A program made the translations under genes and the position numbers. The notes under the pieces are model-generated. The model saw nothing but the letters and a program-made list of their open reading frames with translations, did no database searches and was not told where the DNA came from. From positions 88,846,001-88,910,000 of the forward strand of contig NC_043003.1 in the NCBI RefSeq assembly GCF_006345805.1: a stretch of 64,000 bases of DNA. The letters are read 5' to 3'. Positions 63,501-64,000 of the stretch are shown here, in pieces. Each line of letters starts with the position of its first letter. Within the stretch, counting starts at the first letter, position 1. The stretch is from Octopus sinensis (Eukaryota).

Positions 63501-64000
63501 TGGCAGTGAAACATGGGCCGTGACTGCTGAGGACATGCGTAAGCTCGTGAGGAATGAAGCCAGTATGCTCCGATGGATGTGTAATGTCAGTGTACATACT
63601 CGACAGAGCATTAGTACCTTGAGAGAAATGTTGTACCTAAGAAGCATCAGTTGTGGTGTGCAAGAGAGACGATTGCGCTGGTATGGTCATGTGGCGAGAA
63701 TGGATGAAGATAGGTGTGTGAGAAAGCGCCTATCCCTAGCAGTTGAGGGAGCCCGTGGAAGAGGTAGACCCAGGAAAACCTGGGATGAGGTGGTGAAGCA
63801 CGACCTTCGAACTTTAGGCCTCACTGAGGAAATGACCAGCGACCGAGACCTCTGGAAATATGCTGTACGTGAGAAGACCAGGCAGGACAAGTGAGCCCAG
63901 CCCATTTATGAATGCCTTTCCTCCCTTGGACACAAAGACCTGTTGAGGCAAGCGAAGTCGATATAGAACCTCATCCGACGTCAGGCACCCCTTTGCTTGC
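60545..64000 (+). mobile_element. RTE LINE copy 5, near intact (3' UTR runs off the window)
   Basis: APE-RT reading frame; closely related to copy 3. Confidence 0.95.
60727..63894 (+). pseudogene. RTE APE-RT polyprotein (about 1055 codons) with one in-frame stop
   Basis: Track ORFs 60727-61308 and 61408-63894 are in the same frame; a single TGA at 61306-61308 interrupts GHVG*HAGG. Confidence 0.92.

Overview
Repeat-saturated eukaryotic DNA, very probably from an octopod cephalopod. That assignment is inferred from recalled octopus-type tRNA SINEs, RTE 3' ends with (GAT)n tails and the extreme (TA)n/(CA)n load; it was not searched. No spliced host gene could be supported, and most entries in the ORF track are translations of microsatellites. 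The window holds five long RTE LINE copies (one with a single premature stop), five CR1-group LINE pieces, Penelope-like element (PLE) remnants, several tRNA SINEs, a Chapaev3-like transposon with intact TIRs and TSD, a DD37D (maT) fragment, Helitron fragments and a possible solo LTR. The standout is a 1.9-kb palindromic insertion at 50121-52035 carrying two divergent copies of an intronless ORF for a signal peptide plus two Ig-like domains. The stop codon of that ORF lies inside the catalytic core of a minimal hammerhead ribozyme. The unit has the same architecture as a GIY-YIG-encoding PLE palindrome at 13032-14486. It sits in one arm of an older inverted duplication (about 42.2-53.7 kb, apex at 49200/49201) whose other arm preserves the empty site. 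The simplest reading is a non-autonomous, ribozyme-terminated PLE carrying a captured secreted Ig-superfamily retrogene. Approximate boundaries were read by eye and may be off by tens of bases.
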